Assembly: GCA_013140485.1 (NCBI GenBank) | Contig: JABFSS010000068.1 | Coordinates: 1-44,724, forward strand | Direction of reading: 5' to 3' | From: Candidatus Peribacteraceae bacterium | GTDB lineage: Bacteria > Patescibacteriota > Gracilibacteria > Peribacterales > Peribacteraceae | Length of the DNA: 44,724 bases | Part shown: piece by piece, positions 1-10,027 of the stretch | Numbering within the stretch: the stretch's first letter is position 1 | How the letters are laid out: each line of letters begins with the position of its first letter | Notes under the pieces: generated by a model | Told to the model about the DNA's origin: nothing | Seen by the model: only the letters and a program-made list of their open reading frames with translations | The model's database searches: none | Position numbers and translations under genes: made by a program

Positions 1-3000
1 ACCTTCAAAAACTCTTCCTTCCGTCTCCTCGACTCCAGTTTTGCCAACTGTACCGCTCTGGAAACAGTTGATGGCGTCCTCACCTGTGGCTCTGATGGAG
101 GAGGAACGTCATTCTTGGCTGGGCAGGGCATCAATCTCAACGGAGCCAATGCCTTCTCGACGAACTCCATCCTGACTGGCTCGCTGATTCGTTTCACGAA
201 CCTCTCGGGTTCCACGATCTTCGCCAAGAACACTCTCGCATCCTCTGGATCTCTGAAGGTTCTCGGAACCGCATCCGGAGGACAGCTGCATGCGAGCAAT
301 CAACTGCGTTCGTCGGGAACACTGAGCGTGCAGGGAATCAGCAATTTGAAAGGAGCCGCCATTTTCGGTTCCACCCTCAGTCTCAACGGCGTCACCTATA
401 CCTTCCCAGGCGGTGACGGCTCTGCGTCGGGGAAAGTGCTCAAGACGAACGGGGCGGGACAACTGGCGTGGTCGAGTGATATTGATACGGATACCGATAC
501 GAATACCGTGACGGCAGTGGGTCGTGGGCTCGGACTCACGAGCGGGGTTCTGACGCTCAATGCCACCATCACCGGTTCTCTCGTCCGCTTCACCAACCTC
601 TCCGGTTCCACCGTCTTCGCCAAGAACACACTCGCATCCTCGGGATCGCTGAAGGTTCTCGGAACCGCGTCTGGAGGACAGCTGCATGCGAGCAATCAAC
701 TGCGTTCGTCGGGCACTCTCTCTGTTCAGGGGGTCAGCAATTTGAAGGGGGCAGCGATCTTCGGATCCACCTTGTCTCTGAATGGCGTCACGTACACGTT
801 CCCCGGAGGAGATGGGTCTGCGTCGGGGAAGGTTCTGAAGACCAACAGCGCTGGCCAACTTTCCTGGAGCAGTGATATTGATACGGATACGAATACGACA
901 TATACGGCGGGCCAAGGGTTAACACTCAACGGTAGCAACGCCTTCTCGATCAACTCCACTCAGACAGGCTCGCTGCTCAGCTTCACCACTGTCTCGGGCT
1001 CCCGGCTCTTCGCTAAGAACATTTTGACGACGTCCGGAACACTCACGGTAAAGAAGGCTGCGGGGACCGCCACCGGCAATATCTTGATCGTCGATACCAA
1101 GGGTCTTGTCTACGATGCAACGACCAAGGACGTGGGCATCGGGACCGCGAGCCCTGGAGCAAAACTGCATGTGGTATCCAAAGCAGTCAATACGGCCCTG
1201 CTCAAGATCACTGCTTCTGATAATTCCGATCTTTTCAACATTGATGAAGATGTGTCGGGCAACGGATTAGTCACCGTACGAAACGCGGCAGGAGCTAGTG
1301 TTGTTGAAATGTATGGCCTGACAGATGGTCTATTTTCGGTCTACAAGTCTGGTGTTATATCTCCAAAGGTTCAATTTTATGCCGGAGGTGACAGTTATGT
1401 GAATGCCGGAAATTTCGGTGTGGGAACAATCACGCCCGGCTCGCGGCTGTCGGTCTCTGGCTCAGTCATTATCAGTCCGCTCGGGACGCTCGACACCATC
1501 GCTGCGGACGCAGGTCTGGCAATGGAGATTATCGGGGCTGCGTCCGGACGAATCCTCCATGCTCAAGACCAATTGAGATCGAGCGGATCGCTCTCGATCC
1601 AGGGCGCGGCGGCCTTCAAGAGTTCTTCGTTCACTCTTCTCGATTCCGGATTTGCGAACTGTACGGCTCTGGAGACGAGCAATGGTGTTCTTACGTGTGG
1701 ATCGGATGCAGGAGGCACGTACGCTGCCGGCCAAGGTCTGACGCTCAATGGCAGCAATGCTTTCTCGACGAATTCCATTCTGACCGGCTCGCTGATTCGT
1801 TTCACGAACCTCTCGGGTTCTACGATCTTTGCGAAGAACACACTCGCATCTTCCGGATCTCTGAAAGTTCTGGGAACCGCTTCTGGAGGGCAGCTGCATG
1901 CGAGTAACCAGCTGCGTTCCTCAGGAACACTCACCGTCCAAGGCGCGACGATTCTTCGCAACGACCTCACGCTCGGCGGTGGCAATCTCAACTTCACCGA
2001 AGGCACCACCATCGGCGATGGAGGCGATGCGCTCATCATTAACTCCAGTGGAACATTTACGGTACAGGATATTCTCGACATCTCCGATAACAACATGGTG
2101 AATGTCGGGGACATCGCTCTGGATTCTCTATCATCGGATGCCGGAGCAAGCATCAGTGTCGCACTAGGATCCGATCCGGGCGATGACTTCATCGTCGACA
2201 CGACGGGACTCGTCTACGAGGGAGACACTAACCGAGTGGGTATCGGGACGGCGGCTCCTAAGACTACGCTCGAAATCATTGGCACCGCCTCGGGCATCCA
2301 GATTCATGCGAGAGACAAACTCCTGAGCTCCGGCTCCCTCGTCGTGGCTGGTGCCGCCCGCTTCAAATCGTCCTCCTTTACTCTCCTCGACTCCGGCTTC
2401 GCCAACTGTACCGCCCTTGAGACCGCCGATGGCGTTCTCACATGTGGAAGCGATGGTGGCACCACATACGTTGCCGGCCAAGGTCTGACGCTCAATGGCA
2501 GCAATGCGTTCTCGACGAATTCCATTTTGACCGGCTCGCTGATTCGTTTCACGAACCTCTCGGGTTCTACGATCTTTGCGAAGAACACGCTCGCATCTTC
2601 TGGATCGCTCAAGGTTCTTGGAACCGCGTCTGGAGGACAGCTGCATGCGAGTAACCAGCTGCGATCGTCGGGAACGCTCTCCATCCAGGGAATCACCAAC
2701 CTCAAAGGAGCCGCCATCTTCGGATCCACCCTCAGTCTCAACGGCGTCACCTACACGTTCCCGGGTGGCGACGGTTCTGCATCGGGGAAAGTACTGAAGA
2801 CGAATGGGGCGGGGCAGTTGGCGTGGAGCACGGACTTGAATACAGGAGGCGGTTCCTCCTTTGGAACCGGCAATACGCTCACCATTGGCGATTCCCGCTA
2901 CGTGCGCAAGAGTGGCGATACAATGACCGGAGCGCTCATCATCAATCCGTCATCCGATGCCATTCAACTGAATGTGAAAGCGTCCGCTCTGCAGTTACTC

Positions 3001-6000
3001 GACACCATGGTCATCGAATCAAATTTCGGTACCGACTGGCTTGTGGTTCAGGCCAACGGCGACGTGCAGACAACACAGGCTCTTTTGGTCAACGGCACGC
3101 TCTCCACCAGCAACACCGCCATTCTCGTTGCCAAGCCCCTCGCCATCGGCGGTGTCTCTGCTCTGGCATACAACGCGATATCCGATTCCGGCACGACGAG
3201 CCACGGGACCATTAACTTTGAAGATATCGGCGCGGATAATGATTTGTATATCGAAGGCGCCCTGGAAGTGGATGGAAGCGTCTACTTCGACGGTGGTTTC
3301 GAAGTATTTGGCACGGGCTCAGGCAGCATCTTCCACGCATCCACCCAACTCCGTTCCTCCGGCGGTCTCATCGTCCAGACGACCGGTCTCTTTAAGGGAA
3401 ACCTGACGACGCGCGGCGTTCTCTCTGGCTCCTCTCTCGTGGTTTCCGGTGGCACCAAAACCTATTCGGGCATCGTGATCCAACGCTCGTCCGGGGCCAA
3501 ATTCCTCACGTTGAGAGACGCCGATAACAGCAAAGCGGTGGGAATCTATTCCGGTTCCGGTTCTCCATGGAACAAGATATTGGCAGCGACGGGCTCGTTC
3601 TATTTAGATAACAACAGAGGCAATGCGTATCTGAACGTCGCGGGCGGCGACAAAAAAGCTTGGCGCATCGTTCAGTTGGGCACGGGAAGTGGATCGACCT
3701 ATCCCGATCGCGCCGACCTCTGGCACCAAAACAGTACTGTCACCGCGGGCAACGCCAGCTCCTGCACTCAAGACGTGAACGAGATGTATGACATTTTCTG
3801 CGGTCCGGGTACTCCTGCTCAGAACGACGCATTTACAAATGGCTTCTTCCTGCGCGCCGGTACGTATACGTTCTCCACTATGGGTCTTACGAGTAATAAT
3901 AAAGGCTCGATTGACTGGTATATCGACGGAACGTCAGTCGTGTCCGCGCAGGATTGGTACTCCGTTACTGGTACATATAACGTCGTAAAAACGGCGACGG
4001 TCACGGTGACGGGCAACGGATACCACGTATTGAGGGGAATCGTGAGCACAAAGAACGCCAGTAGCTCAAATTACGCCATGCTTCTGACGAAGATGTGGTT
4101 CGTTCCGACAAGCGACAACACGCACACGTCCCCCGGCGCCGACTACGCCGAGTGGTTCCGCGCGACTCCGGATGCGACGGGCTCACTGCCGCAGAAAGGA
4201 GATCTCGTATGTGTGGACGTGACGGCGCCCAATACCGTCCGCAAATGTGAAAACGAGGCGGATTCGAACGTGATGGGTATCGTCTCGACCAGTCCGTCGT
4301 TCATCGGTAATGATCACACGTTCGACGGCGTGCCGATTCCCGGAACCGTGCTTGTCGGTCTCATCGGTCAGATTCCCGCGAAAGTGATCGTCGAATCGGG
4401 CTCCGGCGGGGGGCTGGGAGCGATCCGTCCGGGTGATTCCCTCACGCCCGCATCGCGCCCAGGCTACGCGCGCAAGGCGATGGCGGGCGAAGCGACGGTC
4501 GGTGTCGCGCTGGAAGGCCTCGAAAGCGGCGAAGGCTTGATTCAGGTTCTCGTCGCGCGCCGCAACGGTTCGCTCACGGCCGACGCGGTCAGTGACCGCG
4601 TCCTCCAGACGATTAAAGATCTGAAAATCGAAGATGAATTGAAGCTCGCTTTGAAGCAGACAGTGGAGCAGTTCAGCGCCTCCGGTACGCTCCTGCAGCC
4701 GATCAGTGACGAAGTGGAACGTCAGCTGCAACAGCAGATTTCCACGCTCGGCATGGGTTCCGTAACGGACAGGCTGGCGGCACTGGAGGCGAGAATGGCA
4801 ACGATGTCGGGTGGGATCGTTCCGTCAGCGGAGACAGAGCCTGTCCCGAGCCGAGCCGAGGGGTCGTCTGCGCTGACATCGGAAAATCTCTCTCTCAGTG
4901 GATCTCTGACCGCCCAAGAACTGCGCGCGCAGACTCTCTCGCTCGAGGAAAATCTCGCCGCAAAAGAAGGCCGCTTTGCGGGAGATCTGTACGTCGACGG
5001 CGTCTTCCACGTCCGCGATCTCTATGTGCCCAACGGCGTACGCATCGACGGCGGTCTCCATGCCGCGGCGCTGGAAGTGCAGTCCGGCGCGGTCATTAAT
5101 GGCACGCTGACGCTCAATAGCGACCTCAACGTGACCAAGAGCATTAACTTCGCCTCGGGCTCCGTTCTCTCCGCGCACGATCTGATCGTCCGAGGCGCAT
5201 TGCACGTCGTGGGCCCGGTGACCATCGACGGCCTCGCGCAGTTCCTCGGCGACGTGGAGATTAAAGGCCAGTTGACCCTGAGCAACCGCCAAGCGGGCTT
5301 CGCCGAAATTCCACAAACCGGAACGTCCGTGACAATCGTCTTTGAGCCGCCCTTGAACGGAACGCCCGTCGTGACAGCCTCACCCGATGTTCCCCTGCTC
5401 TACGCGGTCAGCCGCGCTACGGCGACGGGCTTCGTCATCCGGCTGTCGGCCCCCGCGGCCGAGCGCGTCGGATTCTCGTGGACCGCTCTGACGGCCGTCG
5501 ATCCGCAGACCGCCCTCGGACATGCCGCGGCGGACGGTCCTGAGCCACTTCCCTTCTTGGTCGACGGCGATGGCATTCCGCTGAGTGAGGATGAGGCATG
5601 GAATTCCTGCATCCGCAATCATCCGCTGCTCACCGCCGACGGATCGCCCATCAGCTGCGGCGGCTACCACGACGCCTACGTCTGGGAACACCCGGATCTG
5701 CATATCAACTTCACGTGGAATACCTCCATGACGCCGCCGCTCCTGCAGCTGCCTGAAGGCTTTGTCGTCGAGAGAGCAGAAGCTCCTGCAGTATCTGACG
5801 AGAGTTCGTCATCTTCCTCAGACAGCAGTTCGTCTGCCCCGCAAAGCCCGGAGGCCGAAGCGGAGTCCTCGAGTAGCAGTGAAGACGCATCATCGAGTTC
5901 CTCCGCCGCAAGTGACGACTCTTCCTCGTCATCTTCCTCGAGCGACAGCAGCGACACTTCCTCCAGTGCCGCCAGTGAGAGCAGCGAATCCAGTGATAGT

Positions 6001-6165
6001 GATGAAGCATCGTCCGCGTCTTCCAGTGATAGCGGCGAAACGTCCTCTGCGTCTTCAAGCGATGACAGCGAGACATCTTCAGCGTCTTCCGAAGCAGACG
6101 GCAGTTCAAGTTCCTCCGACGAGAACTTCACTCCCCTGACTCCGCCGCCCGGTGAAGATCAGTGA
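1..6165 (+). CDS. Giant repetitive surface/tail-fibre-like protein (5'-truncated) with a peptidase G2-like intramolecular chaperone domain and an acidic Ser-rich tail
   Basis: Frame is open from base 1 (TFKNSSFRLLDSSFANCTALETVDG...). Near-identical ~70-110 aa repeats (NAFSTNSILTGSLIRFTNLSGSTIFAKNTLASSGSLKV...) and VGIGTxxP motifs. GADYAEWF...GDLV...GIVST...VGLIGQIPAKV...IRPGDSL region at ~4135-4560 resembles IMC/peptidase G2 domains. C-terminus is S/D/E low complexity. Confidence 0.75.
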   Translation, partial: TFKNSSFRLLDSSFANCTALETVDGVLTCGSDGGGTSFLAGQGINLNGANAFSTNSILTGSLIRFTNLSGSTIFAKNTLASSGSLKVLGTASGGQLHASNQLRSSGTLSVQGISNLKGAAIFGSTLSLNGVTYTFPGGDGSASGKVLKTNGAGQLAWSSDIDTDTDTNTVTAVGRGLGLTSGVLTLNATITGSLVRFTNLSGSTVFAKNTLASSGSLKVLGTASGGQLHASNQLRSSGTLSVQGVSNLKGAAIFGSTLSLNGVTYTFPGGDGSASGKVLKTNSAGQLSWSSDIDTDTNTTYTAGQGLTLNGSNAFSINSTQTGSLLSFTTVSGSRLFAKNILTTSGTLTVKKAAGTATGNILIVDTKGLVYDATTKDVGIGTASPGAKLHVVSKAVNTALLKITASDNSDLFNIDEDVSGNGLVTVRNAAGASVVEMYGLTDGLFSVYKSGVISPKVQFYAGGDSYVNAGNFGVGTITPGSRLSVSGSVIISPLGTLDTIAADAGLAMEIIGAASGRILHAQDQLRSSGSLSIQGAAAFKSSSFTLLDSGFANCTALETSNGVLTCGSDAGGTYAAGQGLTLNGSNAFSTNSILTGSLIRFTNLSGSTIFAKNTLASSGSLKVLGTASGGQLHASNQLRSSGTLTVQGATILRNDLTLGGGNLNFTEGTTIGDGGDALIINSSGTFTVQDILDISDNNMVNVGDIALDSLSSDAGASISVALGSDPGDDFIVDTTGLVYEGDTNRVGIGTAAPKTTLEIIGTASGIQIHARDKLLSSGSLVVAGAARFKSSSFTLLDSGFANCTALETADGVLTCGSDGGTTYVAGQGLTLNGSNAFSTNSILTGSLIRFTNLSGSTIFAKNTLASSGSLKVLGTASGGQLHASNQLRSSGTLSIQGITNLKGAAIFGSTLSLNGVTYTFPGGDGSASGKVLKTNGAGQLAWSTDLNTGGGSSFGTGNTLTIGDSRYVRKSGDTMTGALIINPSSDAIQLNVKASALQLLDTMVIESNFGTDWLVVQANGDVQTTQALLVNGTLSTSNTAILVAKPLAIGGVSALAYNAISDSGTTSHGTINFEDIGADNDLYIEGALEVDGSVYFDGGFEVFGTGSGSIFHASTQLRSSGGLIVQTTGLFKGNLTTRGVLSGSSLVVSGGTKTYSGIVIQRSSGAKFLTLRDADNSKAVGIYSGSGSPWNKILAATGSFYLDNNRGNAYLNVAGGDKKAWRIVQLGTGSGSTYPDRADLWHQNSTVTAGNASSCTQDVNEMYDIFCGPGTPAQNDAFTNGFFLRAGTYTFSTMGLTSNNKGSIDWYIDGTSVVSAQDWYSVTGTYNVVKTATVTVTGNGYHVLRGIVSTKNASSSNYAMLLTKMWFVPTSDNTHTSPGADYAEWFRATPDATGSLPQKGDLVCVDVTAPNTVRKCENEADSNVMGIVSTSPSFIGNDHTFDGVPIPGTVLVGLIGQIPAKVIVESGSGGGLGAIRPGDSLTPASRPGYARKAMAGEATVGVALEGLESGEGLIQVLVARRNGSLTADAVSDRVLQTIKDLKIEDELKLALKQTVEQFSASGTLLQPISDEVERQLQQQISTLGMGSVTDRLAALEARMATMSGGIVPSAETEPVPSRAEGSSALTSENLSLSGSLTAQELRAQTLSLEENLAAKEGRFAGDLYVDGVFHVRDLYVPNGVRIDGGLHAAALEVQSGAVINGTLTLNSDLNVTKSINFASGSVLSAHDLIVRGALHVVGPVTIDGLAQFLGDVEIKGQLTLSNRQAGFAEIPQTGTSVTIVFEPPLNGTPVVTASPDVPLLYAVSRATATGFVIRLSAPAAERVGFSWTALTAVDPQTALGHAAADGPEPLPFLVDGDGIPLSEDEAWNSCIRNHPLLTADGSPISCGGYHDAYVWEHPDLHINFTWNTSMTPPLLQLPEGFVVERAEAPAVSDESSSSSSDSSSSAPQSPEAEAESSSSSEDASSSSSAASDDSSSSSSSSDSSDTSSSAASESSESSDSDEASSASSSDSGETSSASSSDDSETSSASSEADGSSSSSDENFTPLTPPPGEDQ

Positions 6166-6890
6166 ACGTCCGCATTCGTATGCACTTCGCTCACGTCATC
6201 ATCTTCCTCAACCGCCTCGACGAATTTCTCGAGCTTCTCCGCCGTCGCCTGATCACTGACGGCGGTCTTCTGCTTTGCAATATACGAGAGCCCTGCTGAC
6301 AGGATTTCAAAACCTTTCTGCTTCAGAAGATCCCGCACCTTCGTCCAATCATTCACCGAAGTGATCACCGTCATGACGTCACCATCAACGGAAATATCTT
6401 CGGCTCCGGCATCGATGAGCTCCAATTCCAAACTGTCATCCCGAGTAGCTCGCGCTGGAGACGCGAGCGTAACGAGGGACCCTTTCCTCTCAAACATCCA
6501 CGCCACGCTCCCCGTCTCCGCAAAGTTCCCTCCGTTCTTCGAGATGGCGAGTTTGAGATTCGCCGTCGTCCGATTGCGATTGTCGGTGAGGCATTCAATA
6601 AGACATGCGACGCCTCCCGGCCCGTACGCCGCATAGATCGCTTCCTGCATCGCTTCGCCTTTCAGCTCCCCGGAGCCCTTTTTGATCGCTCGCTCGATGT
6701 TGTCGTTGGGGACGCTGTCGATCTTCGCATTATCGATCGCCGCGCGTAGCGACGAATTCGTCCGCGGATCCGGCCCCGTCCGCGCCGCCATTTCGATCAA
6801 GCGCGCATGCTTGGTGTAGACCTTATTGCGCCTGGCGTCCTGCGCGCCTTTTCGAACCCGGATGTTGGCCCATTTGCTGTGTCCTGACAT
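6159..6890 (-). CDS. yebC: YebC/PmpR family protein
   Basis: MSGHSKWANI start, YGPGGVA...TDNRNRT, GSVAWMFERKG and DDDVSEVHTN motifs. Confidence 0.97.
   Translation of the reverse strand: MSGHSKWANIRVRKGAQDARRNKVYTKHARLIEMAARTGPDPRTNSSLRAAIDNAKIDSVPNDNIERAIKKGSGELKGEAMQEAIYAAYGPGGVACLIECLTDNRNRTTANLKLAISKNGGNFAETGSVAWMFERKGSLVTLASPARATRDDSLELELIDAGAEDISVDGDVMTVITSVNDWTKVRDLLKQKGFEILSAGLSYIAKQKTAVSDQATAEKLEKFVEAVEEDDDVSEVHTNADVH
6434..6480 (+). repeat. TGTC-tagged palindromic repeat, copy 1 (inside yebC)
   Basis: tgtcatcccgagta-gctcgcg ctggaga cgcgagc-gtaacgagggac matches the copies at 18427-18657 and 25369-25478. Confidence 0.85.
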
Positions 6891-6893
6891 GGA

Positions 6894-6980
6894 TCTAGCT
6901 TATTAGCTTTTAGCTGTTTAGCTTCAAAAAAATCCGTTCGTAAAAGCTAAGAAACTAAACAGCTAAACAGCTGAGAAGCT
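6894..6980. repeat. Degenerate ~8-mer tandem array in inverted arrangement
   Basis: (t)tagct(t/g) units followed by the complementary agctaaac units. Confidence 0.7.
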
Positions 6981-7022
6981 ATTTGCGATACGCCAAGATC
7001 CTCGCGCGTTCGATAGCCGTCC

Positions 7023-8702
7023 TCAATCTCTTCCTGCCGCCCCCCGCAGCAATGCGATGAGTGTCTGTTCCCATTGCCCCGTTACGAAGCGCGTCTCATG
7101 CGATCCGTTCGGCTGCCTCGGACCGAGGATCACGGTCAGAGGAATGAGCGTGACAATGCTATCGATTATCACACGTAGTTTTTCTTCCTGGGGGCTGACA
7201 CCGAGTGATACACGGTTTCCAAGCCTCTTTAGGAGGGGTTCGACAACAGCCCTGCTTTCGGCGCTCAGCGGAAGATCGGAGGGAATGCCGGAGACCCATT
7301 CAATCGTCCATTCATAAATCTCTGCTTCCCGATCGCGCACCTGCTTAATCATGGCACGGTGGGAATCATTCTGTGATGCTCTGAAAGAGTAAGGAACTCC
7401 TTCAATGTCCTGGATGAATTGTCTTCCTTGGTGCCAAAGCGCGACCGCCGCTTTCCGGTCCGGTGTCGCCCGTAGACGTTGATACTCTTTCGTGATCGCT
7501 TGGAACGTCTTGGGTATTTGCTCCATCGTCAGACCATGTTGCTGTGCTAAGAGTGCATGCTCCTGCAGTTGCAGTTCTTTCTGCAAAGGCTCCGTTGCAT
7601 CACTGAGCCAGCTTCTTAAATTACGCAAATCAGTAGTACTGCGCATCATATGAGAGCGGACTGCCGCATGCATGTCCTGGTACGCGGCTATCGTCTGCTG
7701 GAGGGCGCCGATATAGGACTTTCTCGCTCTCTCCAGGTCCGTACTTCCAGGTACGGCCCGCTGAGCGTTAAAAGCTTTTCGGGCGAGTTCGAGTGCACTT
7801 CTCGTCGCCCGAAGTTGGGGCTGGAGACGTGCGGCATCCGCCCGTGCCAGGATATTCGTGTCGAGACCCGGAATCGGCAGAACGGGTGGAAGCACTGGCG
7901 ACGCCTCTTGCTCCGTCTGGTTCTTGTATTCCTCCTCTCGCCTCTTCGCCTCCGGACTCCCGGCGCCGATCTTCTGGTACATTTCTTCGTTCGTCATCGC
8001 GCCGTAGCGCACGTTCGGATACCGGGACGTGTCGGTTTTCCGTTGGGGCTCAATGGATGTCGGCGATGATTTTTTTGTTTTCTCTTCAAATTGTCTCTTC
8101 GTCACCCCGCTCGTCCTTTTTGTGAGGTACTGAGAAAGAACGGGGGTGAGGGTGCTCGCGAGACTGCCTCGTCCGGACGCAGTGCCCATCCATGCCCACG
8201 GATGCACAGGCAATCCGGTGTCGTAGCGGGCCGGCGCGGCAAGCGTGTATGGAGCGGATTCGAGTCCATGGGGAATTGATGGGTACGGCTGATGCGACGA
8301 GAACTGCTGCTGCGCCGAAAACCCGTAATACTGTCCGAAGTTGGCGAATGCCGCTTGCGGCTGCGGATGCGGAAATGGCGTCCTGTACTGCTGGCGCATG
8401 GCCCCCCACGGCATCCGTCCCGTCTGATACATATATGGCCCTTGGTAGCTGAAACGCGCGGCGGCGGCCGGCATCCATCGGTTCATCGCGGGATACATCG
8501 CAGGGGAATAGGCGGGTGTCGCCTGCATCCACTGACCAGGATACGTCCGGAGAAATTGTCGGCTCTGATTCATACGCGCCTGGTACGCCGCCATCTGATT
8601 GAACAGGCGCGCGTTTTCGGGAACGGCATTGCCGGGAAAAGGCATGTTTGGTCCTCGGAAGTTCTGTGCGAGCAGCCGGGATTCGGAAAAGAAGAATCTC
8701 AT
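7023..8702 (-). CDS. Hypothetical protein with Q/Y/P/M/G-rich low-complexity N-terminus and helical C-terminus
   Basis: 559-aa ORF; its start overlaps the upstream ORF stop (ATGA). Confidence 0.75.
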   Translation of the reverse strand: MRFFFSESRLLAQNFRGPNMPFPGNAVPENARLFNQMAAYQARMNQSRQFLRTYPGQWMQATPAYSPAMYPAMNRWMPAAAARFSYQGPYMYQTGRMPWGAMRQQYRTPFPHPQPQAAFANFGQYYGFSAQQQFSSHQPYPSIPHGLESAPYTLAAPARYDTGLPVHPWAWMGTASGRGSLASTLTPVLSQYLTKRTSGVTKRQFEEKTKKSSPTSIEPQRKTDTSRYPNVRYGAMTNEEMYQKIGAGSPEAKRREEEYKNQTEQEASPVLPPVLPIPGLDTNILARADAARLQPQLRATRSALELARKAFNAQRAVPGSTDLERARKSYIGALQQTIAAYQDMHAAVRSHMMRSTTDLRNLRSWLSDATEPLQKELQLQEHALLAQQHGLTMEQIPKTFQAITKEYQRLRATPDRKAAVALWHQGRQFIQDIEGVPYSFRASQNDSHRAMIKQVRDREAEIYEWTIEWVSGIPSDLPLSAESRAVVEPLLKRLGNRVSLGVSPQEEKLRVIIDSIVTLIPLTVILGPRQPNGSHETRFVTGQWEQTLIALLRGAAGRD

Positions 8703-9052
8703 GAGCCTACGTCGGTATTGATCTGCGACTCGGCGTCGTCTATCTCACGCGCGTGTTCCGCATGTTCTTTTTTCTCGCGCTCCGTGCGCAGTGCGGCATG
8801 CGCGACTTGCGCATCCTGCGAACAGTGCCCCGTCACCTTCGCATACACGTCGTCAAACACCGCGAACGCTTTCTCATACGACTGCAAACGCTCGGCGCGT
8901 TGCGCCAGAGTTTCATCGCGGTACTTCTCGTCCAGCCGTCCGATTTCGGCGCTCGTCAGATCGGGTTCGATCCCCATCATGATCATGTCGTAGAGCCATG
9001 TATCGGGAAGCGCTGCCTGCGGTGAAGATGTGGATGTTTGAGATGAGGGCAT
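8699..9052 (-). CDS. Hypothetical protein
   Basis: 117-aa ORF; TATAAT lies 7 nt before the ATG; coupled to the next gene. Confidence 0.75.
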   Translation of the reverse strand: MPSSQTSTSSPQAALPDTWLYDMIMMGIEPDLTSAEIGRLDEKYRDETLAQRAERLQSYEKAFAVFDDVYAKVTGHCSQDAQVAHAALRTEREKKEHAEHAREIDDAESQINTDVGS

Positions 9053-9109
9053 TCTTCAAATTATAGCCGAAAAACCCCTTTTTGACCAGATACTTCACCA
9101 CTGGAAATT

Positions 9110-9358
9110 TTACTTCCTATACGCCAAGAACGCCAAAAACCTCGCGCGCTCAATCGCGGTCCGCAGCATTTTCTGGTGCTTGAGACACACTCCCGTGTAG
9201 TACCGCTTCATGATGTTGCCGAAGTAATCGACGAACGGCTTGATGGTCGGGTAATCCTTGTAATCAATGTACTTGGCACCGCCTCCCGCCGTGCAGAAGG
9301 GGCACTTCTTGAGACGGGGATCGGATCGGCGCTGTGATGATTTCTGCTGCTGTGCCAT
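9110..9358 (-). CDS. rpsR: 30S ribosomal protein S18 (Zn-ribbon type)
   Basis: CPFC...IDYKD...TGVCLKHQ...AIERARFLAFL. Confidence 0.95.
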   Translation of the reverse strand: MAQQQKSSQRRSDPRLKKCPFCTAGGGAKYIDYKDYPTIKPFVDYFGNIMKRYYTGVCLKHQKMLRTAIERARFLAFLAYRK

Positions 9359-9362
9359 GGGT

Positions 9363-9926
9363 TTAGAGGGAATCCAAATCGTCGGTAATCAGCTTATCAA
9401 TACTCTTCGTCACCTCCTCTCCACTCATCTTCTCCACGGCCTTCGGTTCGGCCTTCTTCTCCGTCGACTTCATCTGCACTTTGCGCCGCGCCTTGGCCGC
9501 AACTTTTTCCTCGAGCGCCGCCTGCTTCTCGCGCGTGCGCTTCTGGTCGACGCTCTCGCGCTCCTTAAGCCACTGCTCGTACGCGTCGGAGTATTTGACG
9601 ACCTGATAGTGCTTCGGCGGCTTCACGAACAGATGCCGCAGAACGCCCTTAGCGATCTTCAAACTCTGGTCGACTTCCTTCAGCTTGAGCGGATCCATCT
9701 CGTAGTAGTAGATCGTGATGTTCGCCTCCTTTATTCCCTTGATCGGATAGGCCAGACCGCGGCGGCCCCATGCATCCTTCGAGACGAGTTTGGCGCCGAC
9801 TTCCTCAAAGTATCCCTCGACCTCCTTCACCAAAGCCGCCTCGTCCTTCTGGGGCAGAGGGTAGGTCGTGAGAATCGCGCATTCGTAGATGCGGGTATCT
9901 TCACCGGTAGCGATGAGTTCTGGCAT
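9363..9926 (-). CDS. rpsF: 30S ribosomal protein S6 with a long charged C-terminal extension
   Basis: RIYE...WGRRGLAYPIK...VLRHL motifs; adjacent to rpsR. Confidence 0.95.
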   Translation of the reverse strand: MPELIATGEDTRIYECAILTTYPLPQKDEAALVKEVEGYFEEVGAKLVSKDAWGRRGLAYPIKGIKEANITIYYYEMDPLKLKEVDQSLKIAKGVLRHLFVKPPKHYQVVKYSDAYEQWLKERESVDQKRTREKQAALEEKVAAKARRKVQMKSTEKKAEPKAVEKMSGEEVTKSIDKLITDDLDSL

Positions 9927-10027
9927 GGGACTTGTGGTCAGAGCCCTATATCACAATGGATACAGGGAAATCTAAATAGGCGCCTACCTTAAAGGGCGAC
10001 TGTGTAGTGGGTCAAGTGGTTCCTCGC

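Noticed and set aside
1..4130. Prophage or diversity-generating retroelement target
   Set aside because: No phage structural, integrase or reverse-transcriptase genes; repeat differences look mostly synonymous rather than adenine-specific
9927..9960. S6:S18 autoregulatory RNA motif upstream of rpsF
   Set aside because: Only a weak ttgtg/cacaa pairing; cannot be supported without a covariance-model search
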